Origin: Phoronis australis | Lineage: Eukaryota; Animalia; Phoronida | NCBI GenBank assembly: GCA_002633005.1 | Contig: NMRA01000527.1 | Location: 1-64,000 of the forward strand | DNA length: 64,000 bases | Direction of reading: 5' to 3' | Notes under the pieces: model-generated | Seen by the model: the letters and a program-made list of their open reading frames with translations, nothing else | Databases searched by the model: none | What the model was told of the DNA's origin: nothing | Position numbers and translations under genes: made by a program | Part shown: piece by piece, positions 1-12,579 of the stretch | Numbering within the stretch: position 1 is the first letter of the stretch | Layout of the letters: the number at the start of each line of letters is the position of its first letter

Positions 1-670
1 AGCCCCGCCATATTGAAATTCACTATCCCGCCAGACGGCAATCCGGTCTTTGGTGGACAGGAGTTCAGCGCCACCTACAGATTCCATGTAGTGCGAATGG
101 GAGGTTTCAACCTACTGGCACAAACAGCGTTTTAACACCTTTTTGCCGCTATCATAATGCTGGCAAATTTCCATTCTTGTGCATGGGGGTGTACCAATGC
201 CTTACAAAAAAGCAAACCTCTTGAAATATCAATGGAAGGCCATCATGTTCCATATATTTCCCACTGTGAAGATCAAACAGTGGCACAGCCAGTGGCTGCC
301 ATTTATAAAGTGAGAGAATTTTGATTCCAAAATGTAAACTAAATTAGTAAACTTAACCTAATTAAATGATGGCAGGGACTGAGAGTGGGATTTATTCCCG
401 TTTTCAAATTAATGAATCGCTACAGTTGTAATGACTGAGTTTCTGTCTGTTGAATCTGAGTCAGGATCAAGCTGAAGTCACTTCAGGGCTCCTCCTACTC
501 TAGAGAACGCCAATATAAGAATTTCTAACACAGATTGTACCAAGAGTCACCAGAATTTATTCTGTTCCCACTCAGTTTTAGCCCATTGTGATCAAAATTT
601 TCAGACATTAATTACCTTAGTGTGCAAGGGCTCATATTCAAGTTTCATTAACTTGTGCAATTCAAAGCAT

Positions 671-1045
671 TAATACACAGTTTTAATACAGTATTAATAT
701 ACAGTTCTAATACATAGTATTAATATAAAACATCAATACCGTGTATTAATACACAGTATTAGTACAGAGCATTAGTTATGCAGTATTAATACCCAGTTAT
801 AATACACAGTTATAATATACAGTATTAATATACAGATTTAATACACAGTATTAATACCCAGTTATAATACACAGTTATAATATACAGTATTAATATACAG
901 ATTTAATATACAGATTTAATACACAGTATTAATACCCAGTTATAATACACAGTTATAATATACAGTATTAATATACAGATTTAATATACAGATTTAATAC
1001 ACAGTATTAATATACAGATTTAATACACAGTATTAATACATAGTA
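671..1045. repeat. AT-rich minisatellite, ~13-bp unit (TAATACACAGTAT-like)
   Basis: Many degenerate tandem copies of TAATA(C/T)ACAG(T/A)(A/T)T read directly from the sequence. Confidence 0.9.
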
Positions 1046-1205
1046 TGAATATTACACAATTATAAAGTAACAAATACATGTCAATCTTCTTAAGCAATGT
1101 GAAGATGCCACACAACAATCTTTATAAATAAAGCATTATAATTCTAGGAAACAGCTACTATGTTTGCCACTACATATTGCATAGTACTACTTTTCAATCA
1201 CCTAC

Positions 1206-1314
1206 ATGGACTGACATCTCTGTATCGGTTACGTTGTCTGTTCTCAGGGTTCCTGGCTTCTCGAGCGCTTAACAGGTTGAAGTCATGCTTTACAGTAGCC
1301 TCATTGCGTATTCT
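1206..1314 (-). CDS. PTPN1/2-like: Coding exon 2 of a PTP1B/TC-PTP-type non-receptor protein tyrosine phosphatase (gene continues beyond the left edge)
   Basis: Manual minus-strand translation gives RIRNEATVKHDFNLLSAREARNPENRQRNRYRDVSP, containing the PTP motif-1 NRYRDVSP. Flanked by acceptor TTTGCAG and donor GTAGGT. Length 109 nt, phase 0 to phase 1, matching my recollection of vertebrate PTPN1 exon 2. Confidence 0.93.
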
Positions 1315-3423
1315 CTGCAAACATAAACCAAGGACACGTCACATGAACCACACCCAACCAATGAAGCCTAAATTTGCAGCACACAGCCAAATCACAAAGA
1401 ATCGGACATTATCGGAACTGTAGGTTGTGTTTCAGACTTACTATAGCATCAAAGTGTCCCATGATAGTAATAAGCATGTTCTGATGTGTGCTAACAGTGA
1501 CTAACACACAAACTAACAGCCTATTTATCTCAAAATTATAATCCATAAAAAACCATCAACACAAAATCGTGCACTACGTAAACATGGCACAAGCATTTGA
1601 CAGATAAGCAGGATTTGAATGAATAGAAATTACACTTATATGTCAAGTTGTTTGAAAAATTGAAAAATTAAATGTGGTAAAAAACATCTTGAAACTGATC
1701 AGCATTTGCGGATTTCCCATAGTCACTCACTAAAATTGAGCAACTGGTTTTACGGAATTTAGAACACTGAACACATCAAGGAGCTTATGGCATTTTTTTA
1801 AAATGAGATATGTAGCAAACTTATATGATGATGACAAACCATTTTCACACTTAGTCAGTATTACTTCATAACAACTCAATATCGAAGCTGTAGTTAACAC
1901 GAATCACCCTTTTACTCCCATAAAATCGGTCTCACGATTTCCCTTCCCACGATCACGGAAGTTTATTTTGATTATTTTACTGTAGATCATACCTATAGTA
2001 TTCATCACCCAAGTAAAGAAGGGAGTACAGCGTACGCCACTGAAGACACGTGATGCACAGGAAGTCAAGCGAGGTTTGCAATATCACCACCAGGTGACAT
2101 GCATGATTACCTGCTACTTGACCTCCATGTGAACAAGGAGCACCATAAAAAAGATCAATGTGACTTTCTTGATGTTTTGTTCTCTAGACATGGTAATTGC
2201 AAAAACAATTTGTTCTGGGTCTAAGAAGACCCTAACAAAGTGCTGAGAAGTGGCCAACACCAGCAGGATTTGTGCCTTTCGGAAGGAAAGAGTATGAGAC
2301 AAGGCGATTAACAACTCAAGTTGTGGGTTTCAAGTTTGTCTGCAGTGACATCACTTACATTACACTCTCCGGTGGACAACTCTTTAGAGCTGAATACTTT
2401 AAATATTTATTTCTGTAATTGCTGACATGTCAGCTTCTCAAAAATAAAATTGCTTGTGGCTTTCTAGTAGGAGTACAGATTTGTTAGGTTGGATCTATTT
2501 TGAGATATCCTGTATTAGCAAGGTTCAATTTTCTTAGAAAATGGTGTTATATCCCCTGCGCAGTTTTGATGTTTTGCAAAGTACTAAAGGAAATGCCAGC
2601 ACTTATGTCCACCAAAAATGGTCTCCTCGCGATAATTCACATTACTGTCACTTTGAAAAATATGTGAAACAGAAAGTAAAAATGTCGAGAGTGAAAATAT
2701 TCAGTATTTTTGGAAAACTTTAAATCAAATACTCTTTAAAAATTTAGTTTTTAACATGTGCTTTTGCCGCTTTGTACTGCAATGGACTACCCTCAGTTTC
2801 AATGTTAATTATCATAATAAGTGGATTATTTCATTAACCACATGGCGACGATCGTAATCCCTCTTATAAGCAGGTTACTTGAAGGATTCTTGCAACTTCG
2901 TAATTCAACCCTGGGCAAGACGATACTAGTGGGATTGTAGACGAGTTTACATGTAAATAAAGATGAGAACTTATCGCGTATCGAGTTAATGGGTGTTATG
3001 AATATTATTAGATTAGTCATGTCAAACTACATGAACGGTAATTCTTTACTTATTTCAAACAAAACAAATTAAATATATTTGCTTGATAATCGAGGTTTGC
3101 CAAATCAGCTAAGCCTACAGACTTGGTAGTTGACGGGTGTGCGAAATCATCTGGGTATATAAAAGAATCGTGTGCTGCCCAGTGTCCACGGGTGAATTTA
3201 ACGAAATACAGACTACACGTCACCATTGCAGTCCCATTATCAGCAAAAGGACAGTCTCGAATTACACAGCGACACTTGAATCTCACTGTATTTACCCACA
3301 ATGCCGCAATATCCGCCAAGGACTTTTGAAGCCACTAGCTTTCCCGCCATTGGAGTTCCACATGCTCTTTGTAGTTGTTGTCTTCTTTACAAGAGTTTCT
3401 GCACTACTATATTCACCCCTCCA

Positions 3424-3610
3424 ATGCCAACCAAGTACTACAGCTATGCTGTGGGCTGCAACTCTAGCAAGAGCAAGTTGGATGCACTTAACAAAGATCT
3501 GTGGATACGCGATGTTATGTTCTTCGCCTTCCCAACATTAATCAAAGACAAGAAAATGCGGACCCACTGGATAAAACAAGTTTGTCGGGTTAATTTTCAG
3601 CCAAACAGGA
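3424..3610 (+). pseudogene. Degenerate THAP DNA-binding domain fragment, probably a DNA-transposon remnant, in PTP intron 1
   Basis: MPTKYYSYAVGCNS...FFAFP...KDKKMRTHWIKQVCRVNFQP fits the THAP pattern (MP..C.A.GC, F.FP, W, R..F.P). The first Cys is replaced by Tyr and the C..HF end is missing. Confidence 0.7.
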
Positions 3611-5892
3611 TCCCCCCCTCTTGAAGATATCCTTTCAATTCCAGTACTTTTGAACGGTTGAAATTGCAAATATTTTCTCGGTCATACAGTACACCTCGAC
3701 GGTTTCCGACATGACCTGTGAAAATGTAGCTGACACTCCAAAACGAAGCATGGCTGTTCTTATCTCATGGACAAAGGAGAGTTCTATCACTGCGTAATTT
3801 GTGACGATGCCATTAAATTATTTCATCATGTTCTAATATAAGAGTACTTCACCCTATCATTGGTGAAACAGCCTAGTGGGCATATGACTCTGAGTGATAC
3901 AATCCTCATCCAGTTCACCCCTTTATCACAACAGCATGAGATATCCTATATAAATAGATGAACTAAGTAATGAATATACAATGTTCAGACCTTATTAACA
4001 TTGTTAAAAAGGTGTACATTACTAGAAGTAATGACAGGGCTTTGCGTTGACATTTCCCAAAGAACAAAACTGACTGTGTGTGAATTAGGTGAGGCAAGAC
4101 ATTCCATCCAAGTAGCCTCGGGCGAAATATGTGAGGTGTGATATATTATTTTTCAAAACAGTCTCTGGTGCACGAAATGAGGTGAGTGTTATAAATACAT
4201 GGAGAGCTAATGTAGTTTGAATTCATCTTTTTTGCTTCGTCAGAGAGTAAGACAGGAAGCGAATGATTTTTACCCCCAACACAAAGCTCTGATAGAAGGT
4301 ACATGACAAGAGGTGAGAATGACTTTTTAATGACATCCTTCCCACAACACAACAATAAGTCAGGATGTCGCGTTAAACGGGTCTAATGGGAGACAATTCA
4401 TTTTTGACATTTCATTACAAAAAACGGGATATTCTATTATCCAGTATGACAAAAGGAATCTTAGCTTGTGTTTTGTAATAGGAAATGGCCCAGTGCATTG
4501 TAATCAGGGATCAGTGCCTCAGTGGCATAATTTGATACCTGATTACTGATATATGATACAGAAACCCAACTGCAAATTGTTTTTTGTAACAACTGCTTGA
4601 CCATGAGAGGGGAAGGTACCCACATTCATGTCTTTATTTCCATCACTCAAAAACTAGAATTCTTTAGTTTTTGGTATCTGTTAATAGCAGGCGACCAGTC
4701 GTAGCACCACCAAAGAGCTATAGGTTAAAGAACAAGCTACGTGGCCACATAGGTGTAGACAAAAAATCTTGTTGTCACTATGAAAAATGGCGGATACCAC
4801 CGGAAGATGTCATTACAATATTGCGTAGTAAACAAAAACATTACATATACTTCCAAAAGTTCTCAAGCAGGGTGGTAGGCTAGCCAAGAAGAGGCGGTGA
4901 AAATAAATCATCACTTGTGACAGTGGCCTGTAGCTCTCAAAGCAATGCATTGACCTTTTTGTCGCAGTTAGTCACAAAATTCAAACACAACTTTTGTGCG
5001 GCTGTAACCATTAAGTAACCATCCTGAGCGGACTGAAAAATGGCTGTAAGATGAAAACACCTCACATCAAGACAACCAACCATTAAGACTGCAAAATTTC
5101 AAAAATCCAGCACAGGCAGTTGAAAATAAAATGGCCAGTACAGAGTGGGTAAATTGTCGACGCGTTAACTCGTCCATCAGAAAAGTCTATAGCTAAACTG
5201 ATGCTGAGCATTCAATTTGCATATGCTTGACATAACAAATATCCTAAAGTATCATTGGCCGTATTAGCAAAATACCATAACACCCCGGATACAAGTCATA
5301 ATAGACCTAATTCACGTGGCGGACATTAAAATCCAAAGCGAGGCTCACTGCGATAAACAAAGCGGAAGTTGACATTGCGTGAGTTAAATAGCCGGTCTTT
5401 CGAGTCCAATCTGGATATTAAATTTTTTAACAATGTGTCGACAATTAACAATAGAGACGTAGAAAAATACATTAGAGAACAAGTTAAGGCACCAAAGGTT
5501 ATCTGACGAAAGGGTTTAATTTTTTTCGGAAAACTTGGTTCGAAACATGAAAAGTAAATATGACCAAATTGCGGCAATCGTAGCGTAACGGATTAGATAT
5601 AACGCTGAATGCAGAGTTATGTTTCTTCTTGTAAATTGTTGATAAAAATACTTTTTACACGAACCAGGTCATCTGCTCGTATTGTTGATGACTTGAAGAC
5701 ATGTTCGACAGTGGTCGCTGTCATGTGCAATTAGTCAAATCTGGTTTAATTTGTTGATCAAGAATATTAACATCAAGCATAGCCTGATCCTGGTGAGGAA
5801 GACACTCACTGGGACTAACAGTTGATTTGTCATTGATCTGAAAGAATAATTGATGTTATTATATATATTTTTTATTAAAATAAGGTTTGCGC

Positions 5893-6005
5893 TCAGTAAT
5901 GCTAGGACCTACACTAGGACCCAGCTAAAATCTAGTCAAAGTCACGCGTTCTCATTTAAAATACACGGAAATATCTCACACAATCTCGCGAAGTCTTGTT
6001 TTTGG
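5893..6005 (+). repeat. Dispersed repeat fragment, inverted homologue of 14745-14855
   Basis: Shared blocks GCTAGGACCTAC, AAAATCTAGTCAAAGT, ATTTAAAATACACGG and GAAGTCTTG in opposite orientation. Confidence 0.8.
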
Positions 6006-6086
6006 CGAGGTCCTAACGTCAATGAACTGAATGGGAGGCAGGTCACAAATGATGATGTAATGATTTACATAGCCCCAACATCTGAC

Positions 6087-9000
6087 CAGGGCTCGATACA
6101 ATGAGCTGCAAGAAATGCGAGTTGAGATTTTGCCAGCTCAAATCATGTCGCAAAATGCGACCTGGAATTTCCATCGAATGCGAGCTGAGTTTTCACACTT
6201 CTCGGCAGATACCTGGCAAATATAAAGCAACTCGTGTGAATCCGACCATTATTGGGTTGTTGCCAAATCAAGTTCAAAGTTCCGAGAATAGCGCTCCCGA
6301 TGACTTGTCAACATGTCGCGTGAACATGAGATAATGCAGAATTGATTTTAGATGCGTTTCATTGGCTAATATTTTTGGCTACTTATGCAAATTTCTGGAT
6401 GCGCTGAAGAAAGTTTCGCACCACGGCATAACACGTGATAATATGTCACATAACAGCGGTGTTTCTACTAACTCTTAAATGATTAACTTACAAAATTTTG
6501 TGGTGGAAAAGCATATTTATTTTTCACGTAAGATGCCCTTATTATCAAATATCCACGGCAATATCCTTGATATCTCACTGCGACACTGGTCGGTCTTGTT
6601 GTTAGCGCGCAAGCGGACTCGTGGCATACAATCGTTACCTGGAAATGTGCGTCTCAGCGTCTTGTTTTTTTATCGCAAAAGACACATGAAAATGACCACC
6701 CTATTAATTGCCAAAGGACAACCACGTCTACTACAGGCTCAGTAGTTTTTGAGTCGCCAAGAAATCCTCAAACCATTTAATTGTTTCTAGGTCTACGTAC
6801 GCGACATACATGTATGAGTCGTCTGTCACATGTTGTTGCCAACGTAAAGTGCAGGACTACTCCAGTGATTGAAGTGCATGAACTCAATCGAGCGCACCAC
6901 CCTGCTGCACATCAAAAGAGAACAGCGACAGTCCTAAATGAAAGTGTATACCGGCTTGGCTCTGTTAAGCACCCGGGTGCCAATGGTATATTTGACAATG
7001 AACTTAAAAGTTCCCGGTGGTTATAAAATAACCGTTGTTTAACGATATTCCCCAGGACCGAAGTAGCCCAAAACTGATATTTTCGTGTTCCGATGGTCCC
7101 CAGGTCGATGTTCACTAGGTCTGATGTTCTATGCCCATAGCCAGCTATTCGCAACTAAATGGGGAAAAGCGAAATTGTTCTTCTCTTCAGGCACCCCTTG
7201 CCAATTTTTCGCTCCCAGGACCACACAGTAAATTAATTTTCAGACTCAAATAAATAGAAAGAATCTTGCTCCGGCTGAAGTGAGCCATTAAAACAAAATT
7301 ATTGCGGGTTGCTAAAGAGGTACAGTGTAGGTGGTAAGGATAGCCAGAAAGTTTGCCTCGCAAAATTGTATTATAATAACACTTCTTACTATTGCAGTCT
7401 TTCAATATCTTACTACCACTCTCAGGTTAACGACAATGCTCACGCATGCGCCTACTCCCTACCTTTGAAATGTTTCATAATAAGCGCTCACTGCTCTACT
7501 AAGCGTTCTCCTCAACTTTTGAGAATTTCCAGTTAAGCGCCCACAGTTCAGGCTAGCGCCCGTCATAGCGCACTACAAACGACCGTGCATGGTTCGAAAT
7601 TGACACGCAGCCTAATCCCTAGACAGTGAGTCACTGTCATTTTACAACAAATTCAGTTTTCAAAAAACATATTTTCTCAATACGTAAAAACCAAACCCTG
7701 GCTTTGTTTTATACCTCCGAAAGAAAGTTAACACTAGTGACATGAGTGTCGTTATGACTGACTTATGTTTCCCGTACCATGGAAAGTATTGGGCAGCAAA
7801 CTTGAATTACCCGATGGAAACCCGGACGGAGTTGGGAATTATTTCGAGGCTTTTCATTTCATGAAAAATTGTTGAGTATGTAAACAGCATAAATACCACA
7901 TTTTTTGGAAATTTGCACTGAAGTGTTCCCGACCATCCGAATACGTCACTCGGTTAGGACAACGGTTCACTGAATTTTTTTCGACAAGATGGTTTTCAAA
8001 CGTCAAGTTGCAAAGTTTGGGCTGAGAACAAAAAATGGAAGGAGTTTGCACTCGGAGTTAGTTCAGACCTTGATGACAGTCATATAGCAGGTCAGACCTA
8101 GCAAAATCACGGATACTTTTCAAAGAGTATCCCTTTCCACATTACAAACTTAGCTACTCGAATACACGTATCGGTTAGACAGCACTGATTCAACTTTCAC
8201 TTGGGTAACTAGTCTTGCGCTCTAGAGCCTTTCAATGGTGGTCGTAAAGAACAGAACAGTACCGCTGCATGTAAGAACTCATTTCTTTAACCAGAAATTT
8301 GTGACTATTTAACGTCGCAGGTAATCTTAGAAACATTTTCTCGATGATCTAAAAAATCAATTTTGGCGCCTAACAATGGCGGGAAAATTTCGCGACCTGG
8401 CATTTATGAATGGAAGCTGGATTTTGAAAATGCGACCTGGGATTTTTGCTACATCGCAAAATGCGACCTGGCGATTTTAATAACGTCGGGCCCTGCTGAC
8501 CTGTATGTGTTCAGCACCCACAGACAATGAATTACCTAGGTGAGGTTATGTTGATATAATTCACAGTTTCCTGACCATCCGAATACGCCACTCGGTTAGG
8601 ACAACGGTTCACGGATTTTTTTTCGACAATATGGTTTTCAAACGACAAGTTGCAAAGTGTGGGCTGTGAACAAAAAATGGAAGGAGTTTGCACTCGGAGT
8701 TAGTTTAGACCCTTAACGACTTTGGTGACAGTCATATTTCTTTAACCTGAAATTTGTGACTATATAACGTCGCAGGTAATTTTTTATCTAAACATTTTCT
8801 CGATGATCTAAAAAATCAATTTTGGCGCTGTTGTGATTTAATACACAGGTTCTCATGCAGCCTAATTTTACTCCTATGAAAGCTTGAATACACGCTTGAG
8901 ATGAAGATCCACAGACGCAGACGTCCTGCGTGCAGCAGGGCCACACAAAGAGAGAGCCCTCATGATTCCCCAGTCACGTGACATACTAGAACTTACAACA

Positions 9001-9216
9001 TCCGGCCACTGACGGAAACCCACGGACGAACACGAACACACGAGACAACACGAAAGAAGAGACCACACAAACCAACATTTACAACACCGTCTAAAAATGG
9101 CGGGAAAATTTCACGACCTGCCATTTATGAATGGGAGCTGGATTTTGAAAATGCGACTTGGGATTTTGTCTAGGTCGCAAAATGCGACCTGGCGATTTTA
9201 ATAATGTCGAGCCCTG
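6087..9216 (+). mobile_element. Decayed hAT-like DNA transposon with CAGGGCTCGA termini and a 5-bp TSD (CTGAC); right end present twice (8495 and 9216)
   Basis: Left end CTGAC|CAGGGCTCGA (6082-6096). Right ends TCGGGCCCTG|CTGAC (8486-8500) and TCGAGCCCTG|CTGAC (9207-9221). Repeated subterminal AAATGCGACCTGG motifs at both ends. Confidence 0.8.
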
Positions 9217-9292
9217 CTGACCCGTATGCGTTCAGCATCCACAGACAATGAATTACCTAGGTGAGGTGATGTTGATAGAATTCACAGTTTCC
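7931..9292. repeat. Imperfect tandem duplication (7931-8571 and 8573-9292) spanning the transposon right end and host flank
   Basis: Both copies begin GACCATCCGAATACG and end ATTCACAGTTTCC; each has a private indel block. Confidence 0.9.
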
Positions 9293-9323
9293 ATATTATA
9301 AGTTATGATTTCTCGTTTCTTAC

Positions 9324-9380
9324 CTCATAAACAATGCCCCAGAGTGAGCGTGTCTCGAATTCTTTGAATTCCGCCTCCAT
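9324..9380 (-). CDS. PTPN1/2-like: Coding exon 1 of the PTP1B/TC-PTP-type phosphatase
   Basis: Minus strand from ATG at 9380 encodes MEAEFKEFETRSLWGIVYE, followed by donor GAG|GTAAGA (phase 0). Resembles the PTPN1 N-terminus [21 protein letters not shown] and splices in frame to 1206-1314. Confidence 0.9.
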
Positions 9381-9544
9381 ATTTAGCCAGAATTAAGTCT
9401 AAAACGTTGATTCTCACATTCCTATCATGCCCCTAGTTGTGAGTAAAACAACCAGGAGGAAACAACGAAACAGAAACTGGGTCAAGAAGAGATTTAACTA
9501 GTAACAAGTTGCATTTCCAAGATTTTCCAAATCGAAACACACGA

Positions 9545-9572
9545 ACCGGAAATACATACAACTACCGGAAAT
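9545..9572 (-). promoter_or_regulatory. Tandem ETS-type motifs in the putative PTP promoter
   Basis: ACCGGAAAT twice (9545-9553, 9564-9572), about 170-190 nt upstream of the PTP ATG. Function is inferred. Confidence 0.5.
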
Positions 9573-11569
9573 TAAAATGTGTAACTTCCAAATAATTAGA
9601 CCGACACTCACAAAATTGACTGAAAAAACGTGAATCATTTGCTATGACCCATAGGATAGATTGTATTTAACCAGCGAGCAAAATCTCATAAATTATATTA
9701 TTGAGATGATTGATAACAGTTGAGATATTACACCAAGATATTGCGCTACCTATTGGTGATAATGTAAATCACCCTTCGCAGTTTCATTCGGGGGGAAAGG
9801 ACTTGGGAGTCCAACCTAGGACCGATATATTACTCCCAGATCCAACTTAATGACGCCTTGTTGCAGGCACTTAAGAGTATAAAAATGAATCGTGGAAACC
9901 GCTCTTATTTTATGGATTTCCTTTACTCAGTGACGATAGAGTCACCAGCCCCCTTTGTGCCAGGACTTCCAATCATCGGACCAACAGCTGATAGTTGGGG
10001 ATCTAGCCGGTAGGCCTATCAGTGGTAACCCACTGTTCTGTCACAGTCACGAGTATAGTATGGTTCTGTAGACTCATATGGGGAGTGACTCACTGAAAAT
10101 CATCAATTCCAACAAAATTAGACTAATTTTTCAATCCTTTTTGGAGCTCTTTTATACTTTTTTAAACTTTCAAAGCTTTAAGTCCGTCCCTGTTTTGCCT
10201 AAAAGCTAAAATCGACTAGACATTTTACTTGAAGATCTCAAAAGTCTTATTGTGATATAGGACTCTAGTTCAGAGGTCATAGGCAATGCTTATATCCTCA
10301 GTTATCCAATTCGCATTTCAAGCGGTTGACCAACCCTAATAGAGTTTTCTTTTGTGAGATGAATTTTGTGAGAGTAAAAGGGCAACTCCTCATTTTTGTT
10401 GCCAGTTTACTCGGCTTATACTCACTAACAGCCAAGGCGCGCGCTGATCAAGGTAAAACTCTTGCCGTGCAAAAATCGATGTTGACAGCCATGTATGTTT
10501 TCTTGCGATCAAGGTCATAATTTTCTCGGTCAGGTGACCTATAGTTTGCATGCTGTAGGGGCAAAACTTTTGTAAATGTATTTACAATTTATTATTTACA
10601 GGTATACTGTTTCCAAAGCCGGATATACTTTATTTTATTAACGATCAAACAGTGACTCGGTTGAGCACCACTTCCATTACAGGAGACTGCCAGTGGGTCG
10701 CCGAATAGTTCAGCCCCATTTTCGAAAAATATAAATTTCTTGGTAAAAAAATCTCTCAGAAATTTATATTTAGTGAAATTTTTATTAGCAAATTTCAGGA
10801 GGTGTGGAGTGTGCCAGTTGGCGATTTCATTAAAATTACAACAGAGCATTTTGCATTCCCAACGGCAAAGTAATGAGCTCTAAAAAGCCGAACTTGTACC
10901 ACGGTGGAGCAAGTCTGGCGAACCCGGCCCTGGCCGGGGTAACTCTTCAGTCCAAAAATATCCAAACATTAGTTACATTACTTGTATGCATGAGAGCATA
11001 ATTCGGAGGAAATGGTCACCGAATGAGGTCAGTATTTCTGAGAGCCCCGCCATAAACCAGTTTTCTAAATCATCCAAATCGCCGTTCTGGAGATCCCAGC
11101 GAAAAAAATCACCTATTCGGAAAACAGAGAAGGCATTTTTAAAAACTAGAGAAAATTGACTTATCCGTTAAAATGCTAGGTTCTGGTGTGTATACAATTT
11201 ACTACTAAAAAGAAAAACAGTAAGAACTGATGAAAATGCGAAGTTTAAGGCACTCATGACGTACATAAATAGGAATCGTGACTTATGCGCATGGCTCATA
11301 GGCCTGTATGGGAAACACTTCAATGAAAAATATTCTCCTGTAGCCTTAAGCTGAGTTTTAATCCTTCAGACATTTGTGTACTATAGGCCTCACATTGGCC
11401 TATTTAGGCCCATGCGTTAATAGCATACAGACATATTACCTGTGCTAGCTTCTTGCCGAGTGTGTAAACTGTGTCGGCCTTTCAGTGTGGACCTATTTTA
11501 CAAGTGCTTGAGCCGTGTTCATGGATCATGGGTGCAGGGCCACGTTCATGTGCCGTATTGCTTCGTATT

Positions 11570-11721
11570 GCAGGAGGGATCCAAGGTTTTTTAAACGGGG
11601 TGCTAGGATTAAGGATTTTTTTAAAAAGGGGGTCCAAGTCAACAATTTGGAAATTCTAGGTTGAGCTAGGGCTCCGTCCCCCTTTGACCCCCCCCCCCCN
11701 TCAGTTCCGATCCGCTTATGC
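11570..11721. mobile_element. Short hAT-type MITE remnant
   Basis: CAGGAGGGATCC ... G/C tracts ... GATCCGCTTATG; degenerate inverted ends and a poly-C tract. Confidence 0.45.
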
Positions 11722-12579
11722 ATTGCGCTGAGCCAATAAGGGCAGACCTATGTCATAGCTTTAAAAATAACAAATCCACGATATCCATAAACGTTGTATA
11801 CCACGTACAAACCACCTTCGACATCACGGCGATTAAGGTTAGCCCAGTTTATTTCGACTGAGTTTTACTTTTGGATTCCTTGTGGCGCATTACAATCCAA
11901 TGACCCGCGGCGGCGAAGTTGGAACTGACAGATAAATTCATCGTATAAAATCCGAAAATTTTTACCTCCACGACAGTTAGACTGTGCCAGAACGTAACGC
12001 TCCCAGTACAGTCGGTGATGTCTGTGGGTTCAGATAAATTAATTCTATGTTTTAATTTGGCATCACACGTGAAAGACTACATCATAAGCGCAACTCATTT
12101 CAGCAGCAAATTAGCACAAATTCATTGGCGGAGGACGTGACCAGGGCCCATGGCAGTTAAATTTTACTCGAGACTCTACTCGAAAACTGTTAACAATTAC
12201 TTCACGTGAAAATGTCGATAACTCATACCGTCCCACCCGGTTGGTCAATTTTAGAAGTAGAGTTGCGAGAAAAGTTTGATGGTTACTCCGGACCCGTAAG
12301 TAACAGACGAATAGGACCCTCTTGACGCATGAACGGTAATGTTTGGCGAACGACTTGCGGAATGCAGCCCCGGTAAATGTTGGGTGTGTTAACAAAAGGT
12401 GGCGCTCGTGAATTTTCTGCAAGGATCCTTGGCAGTGCAATAAGCCTACAGCGACGCTAATGTAATCGTCTGGTGTCAAGCGGAAATCAGCTGTTTGGGA
12501 TCCTGTGGCCGGTTGCATGAAACAGTCTTTTTGCGAATTTGTGTCTTTTATAGAGAGCTCCTCTTTGATTAATGACATT

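Noticed and set aside
530-600. Minus-strand FDHNGLKLSG as possible PTP exon 3
   Set aside because: No AG acceptor at the required position and no DYINA motif.
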